Position numbers and translations under genes: made by a program. Under the pieces are notes generated by a model. The model was not told the origin of the DNA. It saw only the letters and a list, made by a program, of their open reading frames with translations, and ran no database searches. From Mobula hypostoma (Eukaryota), in assembly GCF_963921235.1 (NCBI RefSeq), contig NC_086108.1, positions 80,478,001 through 80,542,000 on the forward strand: a stretch of 64,000 nt of DNA. Direction: 5' to 3'. Below, piece after piece: positions 37,848 to 50,055 of this stretch; within the stretch, counting starts at the first letter, position 1; every line of letters begins with the position of its first letter.

Positions 37848-38791
37848 CAGTCAGCCCTCCGTACCCCCAGGGGTTTGGTTCCAGAACCCCCTGCGGATAC
37901 CAAATTCCTCGGATGCTCTAGTCCCGTATATAAATTGGTGTAGCATTTGCATATAACCTACGCACATCCTCCCGTATACTTAAAATTATCTCTAGATTAC
38001 TTATAATACCTAATACAATGTAAATGCTATGTAAATAGTTGTTATACTGTATTGTTTAGGGAACAGTGAAAGATAAAAAAGTCTGTACATGTCCAGTACA
38101 GACGCAACCATCGTAGCTCTCCCGCAAACCCCGAGCAGCGAGAGTGGCGAAAAGCGAAAATAGCGTTCAGCATTTGTTTTGCTCTCAGAAAAAAAAACTA
38201 TCAGCATCTCACCATCAAGCCGCCATAGCTTTGAACTGCGTGAGATTTTCGCTACTATTGACAGTGCTGCAATGATTGCAGAAAAGTATGACTTTAATTT
38301 TGAAAGGGCACATAGGTTTAGGGCAGGTTTGCAGGATGTTTTGAGCGCTTACAAAGAACTGTATGATAGAAAAATGCGTGAACCTTCCAGTGTGTTCGCT
38401 GTCTTCCCGATTCTGGTAAGTGAAACTACACTGTACGTACACTATTTTTACTCTACATAGGCGGTGTATTTATCATATAATTCCTGCTTTTACTATATGT
38501 TAGTGTTATTTTAGGTTTTATGTGTTATTTGGTATGATTTGGTACGTTAATTTTTGGGTCTGGGAACGGTCAGAAATTTTTCCCATATAAATTAATGGTA
38601 ATTGCTTCTTCACTTTACTTTCAGATAGTGGGGGAAATCTGTACAATGGAAATGCTATGTAAACAATTGTCACACTGTATTGTTTAGGGAATAAGAAGAA
38701 AGCGAAAGAACTTCCGTTTATTTTTCTCGATCCCGATCCACGGTTGGTTGAATCCGCGGATGCGGAACCCGCGGATACGGAGGGCCGACTG
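37848..38791 (+). mobile_element. Tigger/pogo-type non-autonomous DNA transposon
   Basis: TIRs cagtcagccctccgta / tacggagggccgactg, flanked by TA; internal transposase C-terminal remnant (ELREIF...FERAHRF..LSAYKELYDRK). Confidence 0.85.
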
Positions 38792-39325
38792 TAATTCAAA
38801 AATTATCCTGACCTGGAGATCATCTAACCCCCTTCCCCCACCCCCAACAACAGGAGACAATCAAAAATTATCCTGGGACCTTTCCTGCACTTCCTCAAAC
38901 AGCTGTTTCAGGAGTAGCAAAAGCCCAAAACATATTCGATCTGATCCAATGTCCTGGAGCTATGGATTTGACAGCAGGGACATAGAAAAGTTCAAGAAGA
39001 CCTACAAAAATGACTGGGCATAAATTGACAGAAGTGCCCAAGTTTTGTGCTTGTGGAATTGTCAACCAATGTCAGGTCACATTACAGTTTTGTATGTTGA
39101 GATGTAACTAATGTAACTATGGTAACCAAAGTAAAATAAATTAGCTCAGACATATACGTATGGCTTGTTTTCAATTAAAACTACGTGGTAATCCTTTCTA
39201 GGAAAGTGACTTTTGCATGAGATCAACAGTGCCATGTCAGCTAGAGATCAAAGTGATGCATTTGGTTTTACAAGGAAATGAAACCCAAGAATGCAGCGTT
39301 TAAATGTATCCTAAAGAATGCCTAC

Positions 39326-39558
39326 TTGGAAACATGATGCTTTAGGAAGCTTGGATTAGTTATGGAAGTGTGGGAAAACTTAACTGAGCCTAACTCAAAA
39401 TCAGCAATCCGATAGCCTGAAGTCATACAAGTTATAGAGGCAGATATGGATTTCTTTACATTTAGGGTAAAATGCTGCTTGGTGCTGGGACTCACTGGGT
39501 CATTTGTTAATGAGCTCAAGTCTTCCTGCTGTACGTAATCCAGAATGATGTTTGTGCA
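39326..39558 (-). CDS. Candidate coding exon, unidentified gene (alternative donor would give 39496-39558)
   Basis: Open frame CTNIILDYVQQEDLSSLTNDP(VSPSTK...HHVS) between ag and gtgagt/gtaggc; acceptor is weak and no homolog recognised. Confidence 0.25.
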
Positions 39559-39699
39559 CTAATGTGGAACCCTTTGTTCTATCAGCATTTTAATTTTAAG
39601 TGACTGGCTCTTCAGTGGACACAATAGATACACTGCTAGAAAGGGATTTCTCTTAGTCAACATTAATCAGTAAACAAAGTAAAACAGATTCTGTGCAGT

Positions 39700-40945
39700 A
39701 GCTAAACCGCATCCCCCATACCAGACATTGATGCAGCCTATCAGAATGCTCTCTACATGGTACATCTGTGGAAGTTTTTGAGTGTTTTAGGTGATAAACC
39801 TAATTTCTTCAAACTCCTTATGAAATATTTCCAGTCTTTTGCTTTCTTTATAGCTGCATCAATATATTGGGTCCAGATTAGATCCTCAGAGATCTTGACA
39901 CCCAGGAACTTAAAACTGCTCACTCTCTCCACTTCTGATTCCTCTGTGAGGATTGGTATGGGTTCCTTCGTCTTACCCTTCCTGAAGTCCACAATCAGCT
40001 CTTTCGTCTTACTGATGTTGAGTGTCAGGTCGTTGCTGTGACACCACTCCACTAGTGGATATATCTCACTCCTGTACACCCTCTCATCACCATCTGAAAT
40101 TCTACCAACGATGGTTGTATCATCAGCAAATTTATGAATGGCATTTGAGCTATGCCTAGCCACTCAGTCACGGGTATAGAGAGAGTAGAGCAGTGGGCTG
40201 GGCACACACCCCTGAGGTGCACCAGTGTTGATCATCAGTGAGAAGGGGATATTATCACCAATCAGCACAATTTATGGTCTTCCAGTTAGGAAGTTGAGGA
40301 CCCAATTGAAGAGGGAGGTACAGAGGCCCAGGTTCTGTAACTCCTCAATCAGGATTGTGGGAGTGATGGTGTTAAATGCTGAGCTATAGTCGATGAACAG
40401 CATCCTGACATTGGTGTTTGTTTTGTCCAGGTGATCTAAGGCTGTGTGAAGAGCCATTGAGATTGCATCTGCCATAGACCTGTGGCGATGGGCAAATTGC
40501 CATGGATCCAGGTCCTTACTAAGTTGATTCTATCCACAACCAACCTCTCAAAGGATTTGACACTGAAACTATCATTGTGATTTCATTTATACTCTGGACT
40601 TTTTATACTTTTATGATTAATATTGAGGTAGGAGTTTATTCTATCCATGACCAACCTCTCAAAGCATCTCATCACCACAGATAGTCATTAAGGCAGCTCA
40701 CACAACTCACACTACTCTTCTTAGGCAGCAGTATAATTCTTACCTTTTGGAAGCAGGTAGGAACTTCTGCCCCTAGCAGTGAGAAGTTGAAAATGTCCTT
40801 GAATTTGTCCCGCCAGTTGGTTGGCACAAATTTTCAGTCTCACCATGTACTCCATCAGGGCCTGCTGGCTTGTGAGGATTCACCTTTCTGAATGACAGCC
40901 CGACATTGGCCTCCAAGACAAAGAACACAGGGTCACCGGTTGTAG
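39700..40945 (-). mobile_element. Rex1/Babar-like LINE RT fragment
   Basis: [44 protein letters not shown]. Confidence 0.9.
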
Positions 40946-41207
40946 CAGGGTGGGCCACCATGTCAGAATGGGAATGGAGATTGGAATTAATATAGTTTGC
41001 CACTGGTAAATTCCATATTTGTGGACAGAGCAGGTAGTCTCCAATCCAATGGCATGAACATTGATTTCTCTAACTTCCAGTAATCATCATCCCCGCTATT
41101 TTACCATTCCTCATTCTAATTAACCTTTCACACTTTCTCTTCTCCACACCTGTTCATCACCTTTCTCTGGTTCCCTGCCTATTTCCTTCTCTTCCATGTT
41201 CTACTAT

Positions 41208-41690
41208 CATAGAGTCATAGAAAAGTACAGCACAGTAAAAGGCCCTTTGGCCCATCTAGTTCATGCCAAAACCATTTAAACTTCCTACTCCCATCGACCC
41301 GCACTGGGACCATAGCCCTCCATACCTCCTACCAACCATGTACCTGTCCAAACCTCACTTAAACCCTGAAATCAAACTTGCATGCACACTTGCACTGGCT
41401 GCTCACTCCATATTCTCACAACCCTCCGGGTGAAGAAGTTTCCCCTCATGTTCCCCTCAAACTTTTCACCTTTCACCCTTAACCTATGACCTTCCATTGT
41501 AGTTCCACCCAACCTCAGTGGAAAAAGCCTGCTTGCATTTACCCTATCTATACCCCTCATAATTTTGTATACCTCTGTCAAATCTCCGCTCAATCTTCTA
41601 TGTTCTAAGGGATAAAGTCCTAAACTACTCAATCTTTCCTTATAACTCAGGTCCTCCAAACCCAGCACCATCCTTGTAAATTTTCTCATA
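41208..41690 (-). mobile_element. CR1 LINE 3' fragment
   Basis: LSYKERLSSLGLYPLEHRRLSGDL...NFFTRRVV. Confidence 0.9.
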
Positions 41691-42834
41691 TTAGGCAAGA
41701 ACCCAAGTTTGGCATTTTATAAAAGTGCATAGATACTCTTTCTTCTTCAGCCCTTTACCTCTTACACTTATCACATCCTAGCTTCTTATTTCATTTTCCC
41801 CCATCCATCTCCCTCCTCACCCAGTCTTACCTATCACTGCCAGCTTGTACTCCTTCTCCTCCCCCGACATTTTTATTCTGGCTGCACCAGTTGCTCATTT
41901 CCCTCCATGAATGCTGCCTGACTTGCTAAATTCCTCCAGCATTTTGTTCATGTAGCTCATCTAAATACTTTCCTTTCAAATTTGCCAGTAATGATTTCCA
42001 AATTCAGGCAGACCTTGAGGTGGAAACCCCCAGTGCGGTCTGACCAATGCTTTATAATGATGCAGTAGGCCTCTTTTTAAGAAGCTTGCATGGAACACCT
42101 GCTGAAGCTGTTCACCAGACCTTTTGGAGAAATTCCACAGCTGTGGAGACAAGTTCCCTTGAAGGCAGCACTAGAAATTGTATCCTAGAAGCGACAGGTT
42201 TCCTGGTGAATCATCAAATCAGATGACAAGAACATATGGTGAAATTATAAGCTAAAATACCTTGGATCTTGTTTTACCAAAGCAAGTTAAATTTTTTAAC
42301 CAATGCTAATGCTTACTCAATGCAAACAAACCTGAAATTAAAATTAGAGTCCATTGCTTAAAAATCTAACTCTTTTCTGAATAATGTTCTGATGTGAAAT
42401 GTCAAAGCTTCCACTGAGGTAAGCAATTCATTAATGAGGAATAGTTTAGAACTGATGTAATGGTTAATACCATTAACATATACATCATGTCTGGTGAAAT
42501 CAAAAGGAATTCAGCTTCTTTACATGTTGAAGCCAACAAAGGTATTAAAGTTGGACTGCTGGAAAGTCCCTCAAGATTATAACTATCTGTGTCTCAAAGT
42601 TAATATCTTCACCTTCTCTGAGCATTAGATTTCAGGGGAATTTCCATCCCAGACTGCAACATGATAGCCTCACATGTGCAGAGAGAGTGTTTTTAAATGC
42701 TTATTGATTTTATCTTGCTAGTTTGGCAACTTACAGAAATGTGATCTATTTTCTGTCATATTGTGCTTTCATTGCCATAAACAGTTATTCAGACCAATAA
42801 ATAATCTCAAACTCACCTTAATTCAATTACATAT

Positions 42835-43800
42835 TGAATGTACCGAGTGCAGTGTATCTAAGTCTGCTGATGACACTAAATTGAGTTGGATAGTAAATTG
42901 TGCAGAGGATACGGGCAGTCTGCAGAGGGATATAGATTGGTTAAGTGAGTGGGCAAGGGTCTGGCTGATGGAGTACGATGTTGGTAAATGCAGGATCATC
43001 CACTTTGGAAGGAAAAATAGAAGAGCAGATTATTATCTAAATGGTAAAAGATTGCAGCATGCTGCTGTACAGAGGGACTTGCGAGTGTGTGTGCATGAAT
43101 CATAAAAGGTTGGTTTGCAGGTGCAGCAGGCTATCAAGAAGGCAAATGGAATGTTGGCCTTCATTGCTAGAGGGATTGAATTTAAGAGCAGGGAGGTTAT
43201 GCTGCAACTGTACAGGGTACTGGTGAGGCTACAGCTGGATTACTGCAGGCAGTTCTGGTCTCTTAATTGGGGACGAATATACTGGCTTTGGAAGTGGTGC
43301 AGAGGAGGTTCACTAAGTTGATTCCAGAAATGAGGAGGCTAGACTATGAGAAGAAATTGAGTTGCCTGGGACTGTACTTGCTGGAATTCAAAAGGATGAG
43401 AGGAGATCTTATAGAAACATATAAAATTATGAAAGCGATAGATAAGATAGAGGCAGGAAAGTTTTTTCCCACTAGTAGGTGAGACTACAACTAGGGGACA
43501 TAGCCTCAAGAGTTGGGGAAGTAAATTTAGGATGGAGATGAGGAGGAACTGCTTTTCCTTGTGGTGAATCTGTAGAATTCTCTGCCCAATGAAGCAATGG
43601 AGGCTATCTCAGTAAATATATTTAAGACAAGGTAGGATAGATTTTTGCATAATAGGGGAATTAAGGGTTATGGGGAAAAGGCAGGAAGGTAGAGATGAGT
43701 CCATGGTCAGATCAGCCATGATCTTATTGAATGGTGGAGCAACCTCAACGGGCCAGATGGCTTACCCCTGCTCTTATTTCTTATGTTCTTATGTTGTTAT
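42835..43800 (+). mobile_element. CR1 LINE fragment
   Basis: SKSADDTKL, KKANGMLAFI, LEVVQRRFTKLIP and CR1 tail. Confidence 0.92.
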
Positions 43801-45377
43801 GTATTTTTAGTCTCGCAACTTTCCAGCCTCTAGAAGTTGCTCAAAATGCCCTCCCCTCTTAGTCTTACTGTTCTATTTAAGATAGATTAGCCTGGTACCC
43901 TGCCTGCATTCACTTTGCAATCTGGAAGGTGGAAGACAGCAAAGCAGTGTAATCTGTGGGTGCAGTCTTTCAGAGAGCCATTCAATAACGTGGGATGGCA
44001 TTGGCCATTCTTTATCATTTACTCAATTACAATGCAATGGATGCAACCTAATTTGAAAAATCCATTGGCTTCTTCCGTCTTCCTTTCCAGTCCTGTTGAA
44101 GGATCTCAGCCCAAAATGTCAAATATTTATTCCCTCATCAGATGATCCCTGACTTGCTCAGTTCCTCCAGCATTTTATGTGTGTTTTGCAAGATTTCCAG
44201 CATCTGCAGAATCTTCTGCAGTTTTGAAAAATACACTACTGTCCCATTAAGATCAAATAAAAACACTGGGAAATTAACAATTAAAATTAACTAAAATTAA
44301 TAATTATTACGTCCCAAAGTTTAACATTCTTTCTTTTGGCTGTTCTAAATGGAGTTGTTGAATCTATCCCAGGTCTAACCTGATATTGGCTCAGTAAAAC
44401 TGTGGTAGAACAGCAGAAAGTTTGTCCATCATTGCTATCTCTAAGATCAGAGTGGACTTAGATTGACAGCAGAGATCTGCTGTGAAAAAGTTGGGGACAT
44501 GTTCATGCACATTTAGAATGGATACCTCAAACTTTCTCAATTATGGAGATAACACCAGCAATTCAAAAGAATACTTAAGAAAGAAATCAGGAGGGCTAAA
44601 GGAAGGCATGAGTTTTCCCTAGCAGACATGTTAAGAGTAAAAGGATCAAGCACAAGGGCCATAATTGGTCTTCTGGAAGATCAGAATGGTAATCCATGTG
44701 TGGAGCCAAAAGAGATGGGGGAGATCTAAATGAATTTTTTGCATCTGTATTTACTTGGGAGACGGACACGGAGTCTATAGAAGTGAGGCAAAGTGGATCA
44801 ACTTCATGGACCCTGTACAGATTACAGAGGAGGAGGTGTTTGCTGTCCTGAGGTAAATTAAGTCTTGACAAGGTGTTCCCCTTGACCCTGCGAGGCAAGT
44901 GCGGAAATTGCCAGGGGCCTAGTGGAGATATTTAAATCATCTTTAGCAACAGGTGAGCTATCAGATAATTGAAGGATTACCAATGTTGTTCTGCTGTTTA
45001 AGAAAGGTTCTAAACATAAACCAGGAAATTATAGGCTTGTGAGCCTGACATCAGTAGTGGGAAAGTAATTGGAAGGTATTGTAAGGGACCAGATAGATGA
45101 GTACTTGGATAGACATGGACTGATTAAGTATAGTCAACATGGTTTCATGCATGGTAGGTCACGTCTACCCAATCTTATGGAGCTTTTTGAGGAAGTTACC
45201 GGGAAAGTGATGAAGGCAAGGCTGAGGATGCTGTCTGCATGGACTTTAGCAAGGCATTTGACAAGGTCCTGCATGGGAAGTTCGTCAAGAAGATTCAGTC
45301 CCTCTATAGCCAAGATGTGGTAGTAAATTGGATTAGGCATTGACTTTGTGAGTGAAAACAGAGAGTTGTAGTAGATT

Positions 45378-46031
45378 TGCAAACACAAGGAAATCTGCAG
45401 ATGCTGGAAATTCAAGCAACATACACAAAAAATGCTGGTGAACGCAGCAGGCCAGGTAGCATCTATAGGAAGAGGTACAGTCGACGTTTCAGGCCGAGAC
45501 CCTTAGTCAGAACTAACTGAAAGAAGAGATAGTAAGAGATTTGAAAGTGGGAGGGGGAGGGGGAGATCCAAAATGATAGGAGAAGACAGGAGGGGGAGGG
45601 ATGGAGCCAAGAGCTGGAAAGTTGATTGGCAAAAGGGATACGAGGCTGGAGAAGGGAGAGGATCATGGGATGGGAGGCCTAGGGAGAAAGAAAGGGGGAG
45701 GGGGGAAGCCCAGAGGATGGGCAGGGAGTATGGTGAGAGGGACAGAGGGAGAAAAAAGAGAAAAATTTTTAAAAATAATAATAATAAATAAATAAACAAC
45801 GGATGGGGGTACGAAGAAAAGTTGGGGCATTAACAGAAGTTAGAGGAGTCAATGTTCATGCCATCAGGTTGGAGGCTACCCAGACGGAATATAAGGTGTG
45901 GTTCCTTCAACCTGAGTGTGACTTCATCTTGACAGTAGAGGAAGTAGAGGAGGCCATGGATAGACATATCAGGATGGGAATGAGACGTGGAATAAAAATG
46001 TGTGGCCACTGGGAGATCCTGCTTTCTCTGG
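45378..46031 (-). mobile_element. Penelope-like element 3' part
   Basis: DLPVATHF..HSHPDMSIHGL..RLKEPHLIFRLGSLQPDGMNID plus pLTR; hammerhead core disrupted. Confidence 0.88.
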
Positions 46032-46350
46032 CGGACAGTTGCCTTTTTAACTGGAGGCCTGTGACTAGTGGAGTGCCACAGGTATTGGGACTGGTTCTGT
46101 TGTTTGTCATCTATATCAACGATCTGGATAATAACATGGTGAACTGGATCAGCAAATTTGTGGATGACTCCAAGACTGGGAGTGAAAAGTTTAAGGGGAA
46201 TATGAGGGGAGATTTCTTCACTTAGAGGGTCATGAGAGTGTGGAATGAGCTGCCAGCACAAGCGATGCATGTGAGCTCGATTTCAACGTCTATGAGAAGT
46301 TTGGATAGGTACGTGGATGATGGGGATATGGAGAGCTATGGTCCTAGTTC

Positions 46351-46829
46351 AGGCCTCCAACCTGATGGCATGAACATTGACTTCTCTAACTTCCGCTAAT
46401 GCCCCACCTCCCCCTCGTACCCCATCTGTTACTTATTTTTATACACACATTCTTTCTCTCACTCTCCTTTTTCTCCCTCTGTCCCTCTGAATATACCCCT
46501 TGCCCATCCTCTGGGTCCCCCCCCCAACTTGTCTTTCTTCCCGGACCTCCTGTCCCATGATCCTCTCATATTCCTTTTGCCTAACACCTGTCCAGCTCTT
46601 GGCTCCATCCCTCCCCCTCCTGTCTTCTCCTATCATTTTGGATCTCCCCCTCCCCCTCCAACTTTCAAATCCCTTACTCACTCTTCCTTCAGTTAGTCCT
46701 GACGAAGGGTCTCGGCCTGAAACGTTGACTGCACCTCTTCCTAGAAATGCTTCCTGGCCCGCTGCGTTCACCCGCAACTTTTATGTGTGTTGCTTGAATT
46801 TCCAGCATCCGCAGAATTCCTGTTGTTTG
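46351..46829 (+). mobile_element. Penelope-like element 3' part, with hammerhead motif at 46695-46730
   Basis: LQPDGMNIDFSNF* then pLTR; agtc-CTGACGA-agg(gtctcgg)cct-GAAA-cGTT-gact. Confidence 0.88.
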
Positions 46830-47688
46830 AGCTATATGGACAGGAAAGGAATGGAGGGTTATGGGCTGAGTGCAGGTTGGTGGGACTAGGTGAGAGTAAG
46901 AGTTCAGCATGGACTAGAAGGGCCGAGATGGCCTGTGTCCGTGCTGTAATTGTTATATGGTTATATGGTTACAAGCTGATAACAGCTTTTGGACCGACAG
47001 AATGGGATTTCTTTCTGGTCTAACGTTAGTACTCCATGCAAGAATTCAGAATGGTTAGTTGCACTGCTATTTTAACCACAGAAACCAGCCTCAAGTTGTG
47101 CATTACAATAACAAGGAGCAGTTGCCAGGGGCAGTGGAGCTCGGTCAGATTAATGGCTCGTGTACGTGCTGATTTCCTCCCAAGTCACCCGAACCTTTGT
47201 GGCAGAAACAGATGGGATGTTAATTATAATTGTTTTAGATGCATTTAGATCAGTCAAGACTAACGCACACTCACTACAATTGAATCATAGCCTCCCAGAT
47301 ACTGGCAGTACTAAAGCAACTCGAAAGACACACAATCTACTTGATAATTGATTTTGTTTCAGAGTTCTTTATTCTGAAGTGCAGCTGCACATTTCCTGCG
47401 AGGCAAGATTGATGACATCTGCCATTTTGCGTGCCCATCCCACTGAAGCCTACTAATTTCACATTTAAAAGTGGGTATTGGAAATCTGAAGAAACAGGAG
47501 ACACTACAAGCACTCAGTAGACTAGGTAGTACCTGGGGGGCAGGTAACATAACACTTTAGGCCAATGACCTTTCAATACTCAGAAAAGAAAAAGATCTCT
47601 AATGTTTTTGTTCCCCAGTGTCCTTTAGTAAATAGGATCGCTTTATCAGATTATCAGCTTCAACTAGTTACAAGGATTCTTCAACATT

Positions 47689-47889
47689 GTTGTTGCCTTC
47701 TGCACTTTGTGGTGCATCAGGCAGCAGCCTTGCCGTTTCTTTAGCATTTGTCTGTTTTTACGAGGCTGAGTTGGTAGCTCAAGGCTCATCCCAGCACGGA
47801 TGGAAAGCGTGCAAGGAACCAGCCAGGTACAAACCCAGGACCACTCACCTCAAAGTCCAGTGCAGATGCCATTACACCACCAGCCAGCT
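47689..47889 (-). mobile_element. tRNA-derived SINE, same head as 289-540 but different tail
   Basis: agctggctggtgg head and gcacgctttccatcc body; (CAA)n tail; TSD ttcttcaa(c/a)att at 47677-47688 and 47890-47901. Confidence 0.82.
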
Positions 47890-48320
47890 TTCTTCAAAAT
47901 TAAGCCCTCAGAAGAAACATTTCGCAAATATTGGAAGGTAGATTTTCACTGAAACGTATCCATTCAAAAAAAATGTCAAACAACGATAGCTTTTGATCCA
48001 TTGAATAGTGCAAATATGCCCAGGGAGTTCTATTAGAAAGTAAATCCATTAGTCATTCCATACTATAATTCTCTCCCTCTTCAGATTGTTTGATTATTGC
48101 AGTTATTTATGTGCATAACAAGTTAAATAGTGAAATCATCAAGAATATATATGGCATAATCCCCCTTTATTAGTGTGCCTTGCCCTTCGAGCAGAATAAT
48201 ACACAGCTCTGTTTTGAAGCCCAATGGTGCCATAAATTTATTATTAGTTATTAGAATTTATTAGAATTTGGCAATCCAGTTTAGTAAAAGGAAGAACTCA
48301 AGTATATTGCCCTTGGTGAG

Positions 48321-48540
48321 AAGCAGCACACACAAAATGCTGGAGGAACTCAGAGGACAGGCAGCATCTATGGAAAAGAGTAAACAGTCAACTTTTCTGG
48401 CTGAGACCCTTCATCAATACTGAGGGGTCTCAGCTCAAAATGTCAACTGTTTACTCTTTTCTATAGATGCTGCCTGGCCTGCTGAATTCCTCCAGCACTT
48501 TGTGTGTGTTGCACTGGATTTCCTAGCACCAGCAAATTTC
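48321..48540. mobile_element. Older fold-back Penelope terminus
   Basis: cacacacaaaatgctggagg...gagaccct and gggtctc...cctccagcactttgtgtgtg are inverted arms. Confidence 0.8.
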
Positions 48541-48830
48541 ATATAACCATATAACAATTACAGCACGGAAACAGGCCAAACGCTTACTCTCACCTAGTCC
48601 CACCGACCTGCACTCAGCCCATAACCCTCCATTCCTTTCTTGTCCATATAGCTATCCAATTTTACTTCATATGACAATATCGAACCTGCCTCTATCACTT
48701 CTGCTGGGAGCTCGTTCCACACAGCTACCACTCTCTGGGTAAAGAAGTTCCCCCTCATGTTACCCCTAAATTTTTGCCCCCCTAACTCTCAACTCATGTC
48801 TTCTTGTTTGAATCTCCCCCACTCTCAGAG
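48541..48830 (-). mobile_element. CR1 3' end
   Basis: Reverse complement of the tail at 46830-46970; gaagttccccctcatgtt. Confidence 0.85.
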
Positions 48831-49519
48831 GAGGAGATGGAGAAAATGAGGGAAGGAGGGTGGTGAGAGGGGTTAAGAGTTGGGGGAGGGGAGCCCGAGA
48901 AGGGTTAAAGTGAGGAGGGGAGTGAGATGGGTGAAAGGGAATGCTATAATTATCTTATAACAATGAAAGGTAACGTCAAACAATTATATGAAGATATACT
49001 GTATATTGTAAGGAAAGATCTGATCTAGCTTTCAATATTTTAAAACTACATTTCTTTTGTTAATGCATCAGAATGTCATTATCTGTTGAGTATATGGTGA
49101 CAGGATTAATCTCTTATAAAATGAATGACTAAAAACTTCTGTATCTATATTCCAGTTTACATTCAATACAGCAACTGACACTGCAGAATATAATTTTATA
49201 ATAGTGGGACAGTACAATTTATTTAAAAAATAAATTAGACAATTAAAGGAAAATATTCTATAAAATATCCTATAATTTACTGGAAATCTGTTCAAAGAAA
49301 ATCATTAATGATTTTATATTAAAGAAAATGTGAAACATTGCAATGTGAGAAAAAAATCTGTTGCAAAACTAGATAGAAAAATCTTAAGAACAATTAGAAG
49401 ATCAGGAAATGGTTTTAAAATTCAAAATTCACAATTTCTGGTTAGTGCATTAAATCTAGTTTCTAGTGAACATATTATTTTCAATGAAATGTAATTATGT
49501 ACATTGGACAAAGTGATGC

Positions 49520-50055
49520 TCAGTCAACTACTCCTTGTACACTCAACTGTGAGGCTGCATTCTCCTCTTAACACTATCTATAAGTTTGCAGATGACACTG
49601 CTGCCATGGGCCACATTCTGAATAACGATGATTTGAAGTACAGGAAGGAGACAGAAAACTTAGTAAACATTTTGTCCTGACAACAAACTTTCCCTTAATG
49701 TCAGCGAACAAAGGAGGTGGTCATTGACTTCAGGAAGGGGGGCTGTGTACATCGGTCATGCTGAGGTAAAGTGGGTTGAGAACTTCACTTAGAGTAGTGT
49801 CCAGCCACATACGAAGCGGAGCCAAGGAAGTTCACCAACACCTCTACTTGCTCAGGATGCTGAAGAAATTTGGCATGTCCCTGTTGATTTTTAAAAAATT
49901 CATATACTATAGACAGCATCCTATCTGGATGCATAATGGCATGGTATTGCAACTGCTCTGCATGTGACTGTAGGAAACTGCAGGGACTTGTGGTCACAGC
50001 TCAAAACATCACAGAAACCAGCCTCCCCTCCATGGACTCTTCTTGTGTTTTTGAC
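49520..50055 (+). mobile_element. Rex1/Babar-like LINE fragment
   Basis: YKFADDT, EVVIDFRK, HLYLLRMLKKFG, AWYCNCS. Confidence 0.8.

Larger units (their letters stand above)
44570..46970 (+). mobile_element. CR1 LINE pieces interrupted by two Penelope insertions
   Basis: KHKPGNYRLVSLTS, SQHGFMHGRS, WRPVTSGVPQ, SKFVDD and CR1 tail; internal deletion near 46180. Confidence 0.85.

Noticed and set aside
47340..47490. Apparent splice acceptors on both strands
   Set aside because: The minus-strand acceptor is part of a decayed Penelope-type tail, and the frames close quickly.
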